Virus record (IMG/VR): IMGVR_UViG_3300045988_169907
Span: 1-35,018 of that record
DNA: 35,018 nucleotides
Source of the DNA: a virus
Strand: one strand, 5' to 3'
The notes under the pieces are model-generated. The model made no database searches. It was given only the letters and a program-made list of their open reading frames with translations, and was not told the DNA's origin. Of this stretch, positions 26,142-35,018 are shown one piece after another (the first letter of the stretch is position 1; the number at the start of each line of letters is the position of its first letter). A program made the translations under genes and the position numbers.

Positions 26142-27794
26142 ATGAAAAAACCATCAAAAGAAAAATTAACATATTATTTTGAAGAATCTAAAACTTACAA
26201 AGATGATATAAAAGGCGACTATAACGAAACATTTGAATTAACTGATACATCATTCACTATAAAAGATGATGCTTCAAGACAAAAGAGCGTTTCAAGAAAA
26301 GTAGACAGTGTTGTATTAGAAAGTCAAAGATTTCTATCAAATTTTATTATGATTTCTGTTTTTCCAAAATCACAAAAATGGGCTGAGCTAAAAAGCAATT
26401 TAGATGTAATAAAAGCTATTGAGGAAGTAAATGATAGTACAGCTGAAATGATAAAAAAAGAACTTGATGAAATCTTAGAAGAAAATTCAGAAACAGTTTA
26501 TAGAACTAATAGTAATACAAACTATTATACAGAAGTTGCAAAATCAGTCAGTGATTGCTTAAAAGTTGGAACAGGAATATTTAAAATAGTTGAATTAAAC
26601 TCAACTGCAAAACCTTTTACTTATAGTTATCAAAATCTTGATAATATTTTTTTCTTAGAAGATATGCAAGGTAAACCTAATATTGTTTTTAAAAGATATG
26701 TAGAAAAAAATCTTGAAGATTTAATAGATATGTTCGGTCATCTTAATTTCAAGAAGCCTGAAAGTTTAAGTAGTGAGGAAGAATTAACTGAAAAAATATC
26801 AGTTATAGAAACTATAATTGCAGAATTTGATGAAACAAAAGCAGTAAATATTTATCATCATTTCGTGCATACAGAAGAGTTTGAAGAAGAGTTAGTTTAT
26901 GAAGTACTTGAATATAATCCTTATGTAATATTTAGATGGCAAGTAGATAGTTCAAATCCTTGGGGTATTGGGATAGGCAGAGCCAACAAAGATCTTATTA
27001 AAGATCTTAATGAAAATATAGAAAAAAGAGCAAGACACAGAGATAAAATTGTGGATCCACCAGCTAATTTTTATGGAGATATAAGTTTAAGAAATAAAGT
27101 TAGTTTAAAACCTGGGGCTATTAATTATGGTGGAGAATGGAACGATGCCAATAAAATGGGAATACAACCAATAAACACTGGAACTAATCTAATACCAATA
27201 GACCAAGACATAAATGATTGTAGAGAAAGAATAAGAAAAGCATATATGGCACAGCCTTTGGGAGATGTACTGGAAACTAAAAATAGGTCAGCCACTGAAA
27301 TGGAACTAAGACAAGAAATGTTTAGAAGTGAATTTTCAGGAACTTATGAACTTATTAACACTGAATTATTAGAGCCAATATTTATGAATGCTTATTATAT
27401 TTTAGAAAAAAAAGGTTTATTGAATACACTGGAAAACGAGGACTATGTGACACATTCAAAAATACATTATGTCAACGAATTAACTCAAAATTCAGGTAGG
27501 GAGTATGGATTAAGAATAATTGATTTTTATAATATGGCTTCGCAATTAATGCCAGAAGAACAGAGAGGATTTATTATAAAATCTGCCGAAGCAGTTGAAG
27601 ATATAAGAAATAAAATGAATATCCCAGCAAGTATTGTTAATTCAAAAGATGAAATTATAGAATTGGTAGAAAATCAAAGAAGATTATTAGAAATAGAAAC
27701 ATTAGCACAAGCTCAAGAAAATGTAGGAAAAAGACAAGAAACAGGAATACCTGAAAGAGTTAAACAAGGAGTAGGTGGATTAGGTGATATTTAA
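26142..27794 (+). CDS. Podovirus head-tail connector (portal) protein
   Basis: Size/order and motifs such as SVSDCLKVGTGIFKI, PSNPWGIGIGRANKDLIKDLNENIEKRARHRDKIVDPP-like region, RSATEMELRQEMFR. Confidence 0.85.
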   Translation: MKKPSKEKLTYYFEESKTYKDDIKGDYNETFELTDTSFTIKDDASRQKSVSRKVDSVVLESQRFLSNFIMISVFPKSQKWAELKSNLDVIKAIEEVNDSTAEMIKKELDEILEENSETVYRTNSNTNYYTEVAKSVSDCLKVGTGIFKIVELNSTAKPFTYSYQNLDNIFFLEDMQGKPNIVFKRYVEKNLEDLIDMFGHLNFKKPESLSSEEELTEKISVIETIIAEFDETKAVNIYHHFVHTEEFEEELVYEVLEYNPYVIFRWQVDSSNPWGIGIGRANKDLIKDLNENIEKRARHRDKIVDPPANFYGDISLRNKVSLKPGAINYGGEWNDANKMGIQPINTGTNLIPIDQDINDCRERIRKAYMAQPLGDVLETKNRSATEMELRQEMFRSEFSGTYELINTELLEPIFMNAYYILEKKGLLNTLENEDYVTHSKIHYVNELTQNSGREYGLRIIDFYNMASQLMPEEQRGFIIKSAEAVEDIRNKMNIPASIVNSKDEIIELVENQRRLLEIETLAQAQENVGKRQETGIPERVKQGVGGLGDI

Positions 27795-28020
27795 TGACAG
27801 AGAAAGAAAAAGTAAATATGATGATTTTTTAACAAAGTATGCAGGAGATAATGATTTATTAGAACTAATCAAATGGTGCGCATTAGACTGGGAAGAAACA
27901 AAAGAAAACTATTATCAAAACTATGGAAAATACCCAGAACAAAGAAATTTATTAATCAAACTAAAATTTGATTTAGTAAATAAAAAAAATGAAATTATAG
28001 AAAGTATGAAAGGAGAGTAG
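27784..28020 (+). CDS. Small phage protein, 78 aa
   Basis: ORF overlapping portal end. Confidence 0.5.
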   Translation: MIFNDRERKSKYDDFLTKYAGDNDLLELIKWCALDWEETKENYYQNYGKYPEQRNLLIKLKFDLVNKKNEIIESMKGE

Positions 28021-28022
28021 TA

Positions 28023-28781
28023 ATGGACGGCGATAATTTAAATGTAAACCAAAATTTAGAGACAGGTGATGGGCAAACTCAAAATCCACAAGAACAATTA
28101 GAAAATAATCCTGAAATTCTTGATAATCAAAATAACAATATTCAAGATAAAGAAGTGGAAGGAGATATATTTGACCCTACTAAAATGACATTCGATGATG
28201 TTGAAACTTCTTTTAATGGATATGACCTATCAAGTTTAAAAGAAAAAATAGACACAAATGAAGATAGTGTAAAAGCTTTAGAATCTTACACAAATAAATT
28301 TCAAGAATTAGGATTATCACAAGAACAAGTTTTAGGAATAGTTGGATTTATGGCAGAACAAGGAGCAGAAGCTCAAAGTCCACAAGGCATAAAAGAAGAA
28401 TTAAATAAACATTTAACTTTTGAAGAAAAAAGAGCTTATCAAGCAAATTGTAATTTATTACAAAGAGCTCTAAAAGGAACACCAGAAGAAAAGTTTTTTA
28501 ATGCAATAGCTTCTGACCCATATGCTATTAAAGTTTTAGGTAGAGTTATTAATTTTGCAAAAGGAGGTAATAATGTAAATTTGGCAAAAACAGAAAGAGA
28601 AACAAGAACAAACAGTTATATTAGTGGTGACAAAGCAGTAGACATTTTTAATAAATATCTAAGTGAAAGTTTAGGTAAGGGAATTGATGATAAGGAAAAA
28701 GCAAAAAAAGCAAATGAATTAAGAAGTCTATTAGCAACAGAGGAAGATAAAAAATATTTTAATGGAATTGTAACTTATTAG
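28023..28781 (+). CDS. Scaffold/capsid assembly-like protein
   Basis: Acidic, Q/N-rich N-terminus, position between portal and major capsid. Confidence 0.65.
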   Translation: MDGDNLNVNQNLETGDGQTQNPQEQLENNPEILDNQNNNIQDKEVEGDIFDPTKMTFDDVETSFNGYDLSSLKEKIDTNEDSVKALESYTNKFQELGLSQEQVLGIVGFMAEQGAEAQSPQGIKEELNKHLTFEEKRAYQANCNLLQRALKGTPEEKFFNAIASDPYAIKVLGRVINFAKGGNNVNLAKTERETRTNSYISGDKAVDIFNKYLSESLGKGIDDKEKAKKANELRSLLATEEDKKYFNGIVTY

Positions 28782-28793
28782 GAGGTAGTAGTA

Positions 28794-29642
28794 ATGGCAA
28801 ACACAACAACAACAGTCCAACAACAATTTACAAATGCTATTTTAATGGCAATGGACAAGATGAAAGAAAATGGATTAAAAAGATTAGGGGAAAGAGCAAC
28901 AGTTAAAGGAGCCGACTCACATACTTTTAACAGAAAGAAAAAGGCTTCTTATAAAAAAGTGGTTAAATCTATGTTTGGCGATAATGGAGCTAAAGGAGAT
29001 GGAGGAGATTTTGCTCATTTTAAAGCAAGTCCAGAAAGAATAATATCACAAGAAAAGCTTTCAAAAGATGAAATGAATAAAACAAAGATAGATTTAAAAT
29101 CTAGTTTTGTATCAGCAATGACAACAGCAGTAGCAGTTGGAGAAGATGAAATAATTATTGATAAAATAAAAACAGGAGCAACAGCTTTAACTGGTGGAGT
29201 AGCAACAAAAACTATTGATGATTTAGCAAATGTTAAAGAATTAATAAAAGCAGTTAGAAGAGCACATGTATGGTCTAAAACAGTTCCAGATGCTCACAAG
29301 GGAGTTGGAGTAGTAATACACCCAGATGATTACATAACTCTTTCAACTTCTGAAATCTTTATAAATGGAGATTATCAAGCAGCATTCAGAGGTGGAACTG
29401 GAGACGTACCTGTAACTTTTTATGGAGCTGAAATATTTATATCTGATTTAGTTGATAAAGGAACTACTTATATAGTACCAGCTTACAGTTTTGGATATGC
29501 AGAATGGGAAGGCTCTTTGGAAACAACAGCTGAATATCATGCAACAGATGGTCTATCTTGGCATTTACAAGTAACAAAAACAGGAGGAGCAGTACTTATA
29601 GAAGCTGATAAAATAGCAAAAATATCATCAAAAGCAGCATAA
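28794..29642 (+). CDS. Major capsid protein
   Basis: Position after scaffold, T/A-rich N-terminus, NGDYQAAFRGGTGDVPVTFYGAEIFISD..., strong RBS aggaggtag. Confidence 0.8.
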   Translation: MANTTTTVQQQFTNAILMAMDKMKENGLKRLGERATVKGADSHTFNRKKKASYKKVVKSMFGDNGAKGDGGDFAHFKASPERIISQEKLSKDEMNKTKIDLKSSFVSAMTTAVAVGEDEIIIDKIKTGATALTGGVATKTIDDLANVKELIKAVRRAHVWSKTVPDAHKGVGVVIHPDDYITLSTSEIFINGDYQAAFRGGTGDVPVTFYGAEIFISDLVDKGTTYIVPAYSFGYAEWEGSLETTAEYHATDGLSWHLQVTKTGGAVLIEADKIAKISSKAA

Positions 29643-29650
29643 CCTTTAAG

Positions 29651-29679
29651 GGTAGGGGTAAAACCCTACTCTATTTTTA
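29651..29679 (+). terminator. Terminator/attenuator after the major capsid gene
   Basis: gggtaggg-gtaaaa-ccctactc stem (one wobble) followed by tattttta. Confidence 0.6.
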
Positions 29680-29689
29680 TGGAGGAAAA

Positions 29690-31054
29690 ATGGATTTTAA
29701 AACAGGTAAAATCATAGAGATAGTAAGAGAATTTCTAGCAAATGGCGAAGATAAGTTTGAAATAAATGGAGTAGATTTATCAAAAGCCGTATTTATGTAT
29801 AGAAAAAGAAATACAAGTTTTATCCCTATACCAAAAGGAAATTACACAACAAAGTTAGAAAGTAATGTTTTATATCTAAATATAGATGACAACATAAAAG
29901 CTAAGTCTTATGAATACCAAATAATCTATACAACAGATATGAAATCTGGGAAGTATTTAGAAGAATACCCAGAACTTAAAGTATTAGTGAGTAAATACAA
30001 TGATTTAATTGAAGATGTAACTAATATTGTTAAATATGCAAAATCAACAGGAGTGAAAGTAGATAGTTTAAATATGACACAAATATTAACTCCGTTAGAG
30101 CCAAATACATTTTGGGCAATGAATGAAGATGAAAAAATAGTAACTTTCCCATTAGGAGATTTGAATAGTAAGTATGAGCAGATGGTAAGTAAGTTAAAAA
30201 AAGAAGTCGAGGAATTGATTAAATCAACAAAAGAAATGTCTTTATCAGAAATAGAAGCAGCAGCAAAAAATAAAATATCTGAATTTACAGAAGAATTAAA
30301 AAAGAAAATTAATGAGCTGAATACAATTTTTAACAAAGCACAAGAAGATATAAAAAATTCTGTGGATAGATTAAATAATAATGAGAAAGAAGCTATAAAA
30401 GAATTTGAAAGAATATTATCAGAAAAAATTAATAGTTTAAATGCTTTATCAGATGAGTTGAAAAATAGTTTATCAAACGCAGTAGCAAAATATATTGCTG
30501 ATAATAGAGATAAATTAAAAGGAGATAGAGGAGCAGGAATAACATCAATAACAGCCATAGGAGATAAAGTAACAGTAAATTATGATGATAATAAAAATAC
30601 AGTTTTTAAAGTTCCGACAGTTGCTGGTAAAGACGGAAGAGAAATACAAGATTTATCTTACAATAATGATAAATTAAAAATCACTATGAGTGATAATAGT
30701 AGCAAAGAGGTTGAAATTAAAAGTGGTATGAAACTAAGACAGGTTTTTGAAGGTGAAATAAGCGATAATATGAAACTTGAACTAGGTGATAAGTGGATAA
30801 TGTGTTTTTGTATATTTGGAGCAATATATGATGGCAGTTATAAAACCACAAATATTATGATTTTAAAAATTAATGAAGAGCAAAATTTAGAAATGAACAA
30901 AAATCACACAGCTCTATTTGTTAAAATTAAAAATAATGAACTCATATTTTCAGTTACCGAAATACAGCATAAATTAAAAAAGGTGTATGTTTTAGAAGAA
31001 GTAAGAATTGATAAAAATAATCCAGGTAAAATATCAGAAGTAGAACAAACATAA
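29690..31054 (+). CDS. Tail fibre-like protein with long central coiled coil
   Basis: PFAM-like fibre N-terminal region, coiled coil, GDRGAGITSITAIGDKVTVNYDDNKN triplet-like linker, C-terminal domain. Confidence 0.65.
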   Translation: MDFKTGKIIEIVREFLANGEDKFEINGVDLSKAVFMYRKRNTSFIPIPKGNYTTKLESNVLYLNIDDNIKAKSYEYQIIYTTDMKSGKYLEEYPELKVLVSKYNDLIEDVTNIVKYAKSTGVKVDSLNMTQILTPLEPNTFWAMNEDEKIVTFPLGDLNSKYEQMVSKLKKEVEELIKSTKEMSLSEIEAAAKNKISEFTEELKKKINELNTIFNKAQEDIKNSVDRLNNNEKEAIKEFERILSEKINSLNALSDELKNSLSNAVAKYIADNRDKLKGDRGAGITSITAIGDKVTVNYDDNKNTVFKVPTVAGKDGREIQDLSYNNDKLKITMSDNSSKEVEIKSGMKLRQVFEGEISDNMKLELGDKWIMCFCIFGAIYDGSYKTTNIMILKINEEQNLEMNKNHTALFVKIKNNELIFSVTEIQHKLKKVYVLEEVRIDKNNPGKISEVEQT

Positions 31055-31066
31055 TAAGGAGAAGAT

Positions 31067-31564
31067 ATGAAAATAGTTATAGATAAAAACAAAAGAATAA
31101 TAAGCTATGCTTTAATTGGAGAATTGCAAGGAGCCATTGAAGTTGAAAATTTTGAATTTATACACCCAATAGATGATTATGTTTATGAAAATGGAAAAAT
31201 AAAACATTCTCCAGATTTAGATAAATTAAAAAAGTTAAAAAGAGAAGAATTGAAGAAAATTAGAACATCTAAACTTTATGAGAATATCACAGTAAATGGA
31301 GATACTTTCCAAGTTAGAAAAGATGATTTGGATAATTTTTGGGAAGTTGACTATATGTTAAAAAGAGGAGAAGTCGCAGAAACAGATACAAGAAATTGGA
31401 TACTTGTAGATAATAGCATAAAAACTTTTACATATTCTCAATTAATGAATGTATTGACTGAATTTATAAAAAGAAAATCTGAAATATTTGAAAAGTTTGG
31501 AGTGCTTTCAATAAAATTAGAAGCTTGTAAATCAGCAAAAGAAATAGAAGCTATAAAATGGTAA
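31067..31564 (+). CDS. DUF4376-like tail-fibre accessory protein
   Basis: KREELKKIRTSKLYENITVNGDTFQVRKDDLDNF...RNWILVDNSIKTFTYSQLMNVLTEFIKRKSEIFEKFGVLSIKLEACKSAKEIEAIKW. Confidence 0.7.
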   Translation: MKIVIDKNKRIISYALIGELQGAIEVENFEFIHPIDDYVYENGKIKHSPDLDKLKKLKREELKKIRTSKLYENITVNGDTFQVRKDDLDNFWEVDYMLKRGEVAETDTRNWILVDNSIKTFTYSQLMNVLTEFIKRKSEIFEKFGVLSIKLEACKSAKEIEAIKW

Positions 31565-31754
31565 TAGAGAAGTTTTAAATCAAAAGACATACTCTTTATA
31601 GGCTATGTGGTTTAAAACTCTTACATCAGTTTATTACGAGGTCATTTTTTAAATGGTTTTTATTAAATATAAATTTTAAAGATTTTATATTTAAGAGATA
31701 GTAAATTTTAATTTTCAATATAAAAATTTACATTTTTATATATAAGGAGGACAA

Positions 31755-32303
31755 ATGAATAAGGTAGCTTTAGTCATAGGACATAATGATAGAAGCCGTG
31801 GAGCATACTCAACTATTTTATTGAGTGAGTTTAAATACTGGAAAAAAATAGCAGAAAAAATAAAAGGAGAAATACCAGAAATTATAGATGTTTATGAAAG
31901 AAAACCTAATAAAGCTTATGTTCCTGAGATGGACGAAGTTTTAAAAGAATTAAACAAGAATGATTATAAATTTTGTTTAGAACTTCATTTTAATTCATCT
32001 ACTAGCAGTCAAGCCAATGGTTGTGAATGTTTAGTTTACTATGGAAATAATAAGGCTAAGGAATTAGCAACAGATTTTATGGCTAGGTTACAGAATATAT
32101 TTGGTAGTAAAATTAGAGGTAATCACGGAATAATAGAAATTCAAGATAGCAAAGTTAGAGGAGGCTACGGAATATGCAATAGCAAAGATACTTATATTTT
32201 AGTTGAGCCCTTTTTTGGCAGCAATCAAGATGAAAGTTTAAAGTTTTCAGTTGAGAAAGATGTTGTAGATTTATTTATTAATTTTATAAAAGAAAATATT
32301 TAA
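31755..32303 (+). CDS. N-acetylmuramoyl-L-alanine amidase (Amidase_3-like endolysin)
   Basis: ALVIGHNDRSRGAYS, CLELHFNSSTSSQANGCECLVY, ILVEPFFGSN. Confidence 0.85.
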   Translation: MNKVALVIGHNDRSRGAYSTILLSEFKYWKKIAEKIKGEIPEIIDVYERKPNKAYVPEMDEVLKELNKNDYKFCLELHFNSSTSSQANGCECLVYYGNNKAKELATDFMARLQNIFGSKIRGNHGIIEIQDSKVRGGYGICNSKDTYILVEPFFGSNQDESLKFSVEKDVVDLFINFIKENI

Positions 32304-32331
32304 TAAACAGTCTGGCCAGACAAATTTATTA
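32301..32331. repeat. GC-rich perfect palindrome in nested inverted repeat
   Basis: taataaa-ca-gtctggccagac-aaa-tttatta; core 32310..32321 is a 12-bp perfect palindrome. Confidence 0.8.
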
Positions 32332-32365
32332 TAAAAAAATATTAAAAATTTTAGGAGGTAAAAGT

Positions 32366-32674
32366 ATGAATAAACAATTATTATGGCAAGTTTTAGGGTA
32401 TGTATTTTCAGTGGTAACTTATTTTGTATTGACTTGGAGATATAAAGGAAAAGAAGAGGCAACTAATGAGGTAAGAAATGAAGTAATGAAACAAGAATTG
32501 GCTATACAAGGCAAGGGACTTGGGGAGCTTAAAAAGAAAGCAGTTCAAGAATTTGTTTCTAAATTGCCAAAACATCTAAGAATATTTATAAATGAAAATA
32601 CAATAGAAGCAGTAGTTAAAGAGTTGCAACCTTTATTTAAGAAATTAAAAGAAGGTAAAAATGGAAAAGAGTAA
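32366..32674 (+). CDS. Small TM phage protein of lysis region
   Basis: N-terminal TM LLWQVLGYVFSVVTYFVLTW then charged helix. Confidence 0.5.
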   Translation: MNKQLLWQVLGYVFSVVTYFVLTWRYKGKEEATNEVRNEVMKQELAIQGKGLGELKKKAVQEFVSKLPKHLRIFINENTIEAVVKELQPLFKKLKEGKNGKE

Positions 32675-33113
32675 ACTAATACTTAAACCTTTATCTAATG
32701 GAAAAGCTATACTGTTAGATGATTATGTTTACTCTGTCAATGGTTATGATATAAAGGTGTTTAGAGGTTTCATCACTGATGGAGCCTCAGTACCTAAATC
32801 TTTGCAATGGCTATATAATCCTTATGGCAAATACATTAATGCAGCAGTTATACACGATTATTTATACTCTATATACAACAACACTGGAATTAATCGTACC
32901 TTAGCAGACAAGATATTTAATTTCATTATGAAAAAAACTGGAGTGGACAACAGGACCAGAAGAAAATTTTATATGGCAGTTAAGTATTTTGGTGAAACAT
33001 CTTGGAAGTCTAAATTACGAAATGAGGGATACAAAGATAGAGCTGTAATTGATAGAACTAAGGAGGCAAAAGAGTATTATAACTATTGGTATAAAGTGTT
33101 AGGGATTAGGTGA
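32661..33113 (+). CDS. DUF1353-like phage protein
   Basis: FRGFITDGASVPKSLQWLYNPYGKYINAAVIHDYLY. Confidence 0.85.
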   Translation: MEKSKLILKPLSNGKAILLDDYVYSVNGYDIKVFRGFITDGASVPKSLQWLYNPYGKYINAAVIHDYLYSIYNNTGINRTLADKIFNFIMKKTGVDNRTRRKFYMAVKYFGETSWKSKLRNEGYKDRAVIDRTKEAKEYYNYWYKVLGIR

Positions 33114-33117
33114 TGTT

Positions 33118-33306
33118 ATGGAAAAAACTTTACTTGAATATGGTGTAGTAGGGGCTATTTTACTGTATTTTCTATGGAAAGATAGTAAGACATTTGAAAT
33201 TTATAGAACTACTATGCAGAAGATAGTAGACCAGTTGGAAGCAATGCAAAAGGACCAAACAGAATTAAAAAAAGATGTGGAGGAGATTAGAAAGTTCATC
33301 AAGTAA
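33118..33306 (+). CDS. BhlA/UviB-like small holin
   Basis: LLEYGVVGAILLYFLWKDSK TM then charged coiled coil, 62 aa. Confidence 0.6.
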   Translation: MEKTLLEYGVVGAILLYFLWKDSKTFEIYRTTMQKIVDQLEAMQKDQTELKKDVEEIRKFIK

Positions 33307-33344
33307 CGGGTAGGTTTATTGCCTACCCGAAAAGGAGTGTAGTT

Positions 33345-33851
33345 ATGGATAGAGGAGAAATAATAAAACAAGCATTTCTGAAAGTTGGGGATAATAATGC
33401 TTTCAATGATAATAAAGGCGATAAATACCAAGTGGCCGATGGACTACTTGATACAGTTATTAAAAATATAGCAATAGAAACAGATTTTTTGTTCAATGCA
33501 ATTACGGTTAAATTAACAACAGTAGGTCAAAATAAGTTAGGAGAAAATAAATTTAATATACCTATTGATTTTTTAAATATCATACAAGGAAATGCTGATT
33601 TTAGAATAGAGGGAGAATTCATTTATTCTAAAACTAGTGAATTATATATCCAATATTGTAGAGAGATTAGTTTAACTGAAATTCCAAATAATATGTTTAA
33701 TATCATAGTTATATATTTAGCAAAAGAAATAAGTCTTGCATTTAATGCTTATAATAATCGTTATCAATTTTTGCAACAACAATTTGAAGAAGAAAAAAGA
33801 AAAATAATATATCAACAAGGATTTATGTATAAACCTTGGGAGGTAGAATAA
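33345..33851 (+). CDS. Tail adaptor-like protein (tail tubular A-like)
   Basis: Position before tail-tubular-B-like gene; ~168 aa; ATEIDFLFNAITVKLTTVGQ..NKFNIPIDF pattern. Confidence 0.5.
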   Translation: MDRGEIIKQAFLKVGDNNAFNDNKGDKYQVADGLLDTVIKNIAIETDFLFNAITVKLTTVGQNKLGENKFNIPIDFLNIIQGNADFRIEGEFIYSKTSELYIQYCREISLTEIPNNMFNIIVIYLAKEISLAFNAYNNRYQFLQQQFEEEKRKIIYQQGFMYKPWEVE

Positions 33852-34816
33852 TGTTTACAACAAACAATATATTTAATTATGGAGAAACAGGAGAAAGATT
33901 GGGAGGTATAAGAGATACAGAAATATATCAACAATCAGCTCAAAGAATAGAAAATTTTGTTATAAATGAAATGGGTAATTTAAAAATTGCAAAGAAATTA
34001 AAAGAGTATGCAGTGAATGGGTTCCCTATAAATATTGAACATATATTTGATACCAAGCATAATTTTTATATTGCCGTTGGAAATGAAACAGTTGTTACAA
34101 TAAAAAAAGATTTTGAAAATAATAACTCTCCTTTGTTATATCAACATAATATAGGAAATTTTTCAAACATTAGTTATGCTGATGAAAAGTTGTTCGTTAT
34201 TGATAACACAGGAAATGTAAAAGTTTTAGAATTTAATCAAGACGGAAATATTGGAGCAAGCAATTTTATGAACTTGCTTAAATTTCCTGTTCAAGAGAAA
34301 CAGGAACTGACTATTGATTTATATAAAATATATCAAATAGGAAATGATTTAAGAGTAACATTAATAGGAACATATAACTCACCATCTTTATCTGTTAGAA
34401 GTGGCAAGATATTTTTATCTTCATCTACATTGCAAATTGAAAGATTATATTTACAATACAGGACATTTTCTAATATTAACGATATAGCAGGAGCACATGT
34501 TAATATGGTTGTAGGTGTATTACATAGATATTTCCCAGAAACAAACGGAAACTATATTATAGGAAACACACCAGTAAAATTAGGAAGTTCTGATATTATA
34601 ACAAGTATACAAAGTTTATCTGGTAGTGGAGATGTACAAGGTGGGGAATTTTCTTATGGTAAAATAATTAATTTTAATAGTGGTATAGTTGATGTTGGTA
34701 TATATAGAGATAGATTATATTTCATAAAAGAAAATACATTTTACTTTAGTGAAATATCAAATTATTTTAATTTTAGAAATGGAATAAGACAATCGGATCC
34801 GTTTTTCTTTAAATAA
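33851..34816 (+). CDS. Tail tubular B-like protein, N-terminal part, interrupted by apparent frameshift (continues in +1 frame 34812..35018)
   Basis: MFTTNNIFNYGETGERLGG...QQSAQRIENFVINEMGNLKIAKKL... typical start; frame 0 ends ...SDPFFFK*, while +1 frame stays open 69 codons to the window end. Confidence 0.65.
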   Translation: MFTTNNIFNYGETGERLGGIRDTEIYQQSAQRIENFVINEMGNLKIAKKLKEYAVNGFPINIEHIFDTKHNFYIAVGNETVVTIKKDFENNNSPLLYQHNIGNFSNISYADEKLFVIDNTGNVKVLEFNQDGNIGASNFMNLLKFPVQEKQELTIDLYKIYQIGNDLRVTLIGTYNSPSLSVRSGKIFLSSSTLQIERLYLQYRTFSNINDIAGAHVNMVVGVLHRYFPETNGNYIIGNTPVKLGSSDIITSIQSLSGSGDVQGGEFSYGKIINFNSGIVDVGIYRDRLYFIKENTFYFSEISNYFNFRNGIRQSDPFFFK

Positions 34817-35018
34817 TGTGTTTCCAAAAGTTATAAAAGCTGAAACAGGAAACAAAATATATGTAGCAACTAATAAAGGTGTCTATGTTATATCTGCTTA
34901 TCAAACTTTTTCTTCTACAAGTTATAGTGTATTTGTTGCTAGTGAAATACCTTGTAGAGAGGCAGGAGTATTAATTAAAGACGATTTTTATTATATCTCC
35001 ACTGAAAAATCATTGAAA

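Noticed and set aside
29926-30558. Minus-strand 210-aa ORF
   Set aside because: Antisense to the tail fibre coiled-coil region, low complexity S/F/L.
34802-34816. Programmed -1 frameshift
   Set aside because: The continuing frame requires +1 (or -2), not -1, and simple loss of one T in the T5 run explains it better.

Overview
AT-rich (Fusobacterium-like) window that is almost entirely one temperate podovirus-type prophage. Late genes run rightward on the right side: TerS, TerL, head-tail connector/portal, scaffold-like, major capsid, tail fibre/DUF4376, amidase, DUF1353, holin-like, adaptor-like and tail-tubular-like. The map continues at the left edge with the C-terminal end of a tail protein and three large internal-virion-like proteins (307, 593 and 1341 aa). 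Between the two blocks are a large serine recombinase, a leftward early/recombination operon (dUTPase-like, PGDYG-like, SAM-MTase, DUF3310, HNH, SSB, Gp157, Rad52-like), an XRE repressor region and a replication module (HTH initiator plus DnaC-like loader). The main observation is at the left edge. The first ORF is open to the window start, and its first ~60 residues read like a host TraX-type membrane protein (KKYLIRIFIFAIISEIPFNL...NVLWTFLIALCGLSLLEKIEK) fused in frame to a tail-protein-like C terminus. The N-terminal part of a tail-tubular-like gene runs off the right edge. This suggests a prophage inserted in traX whose attP lies inside its own tail gene, far from the serine recombinase. 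Other items: an apparent frameshift in that tail gene, a repeated GTGTACAA operator at the lysogeny promoters, iteron-like repeats inside the initiator gene, near-consensus promoters facing each other before terS, a candidate ~70-nt sRNA, and a leader peptide whose start codon sits in a long inverted repeat. All family names come from reading the sequence; no database search was run.
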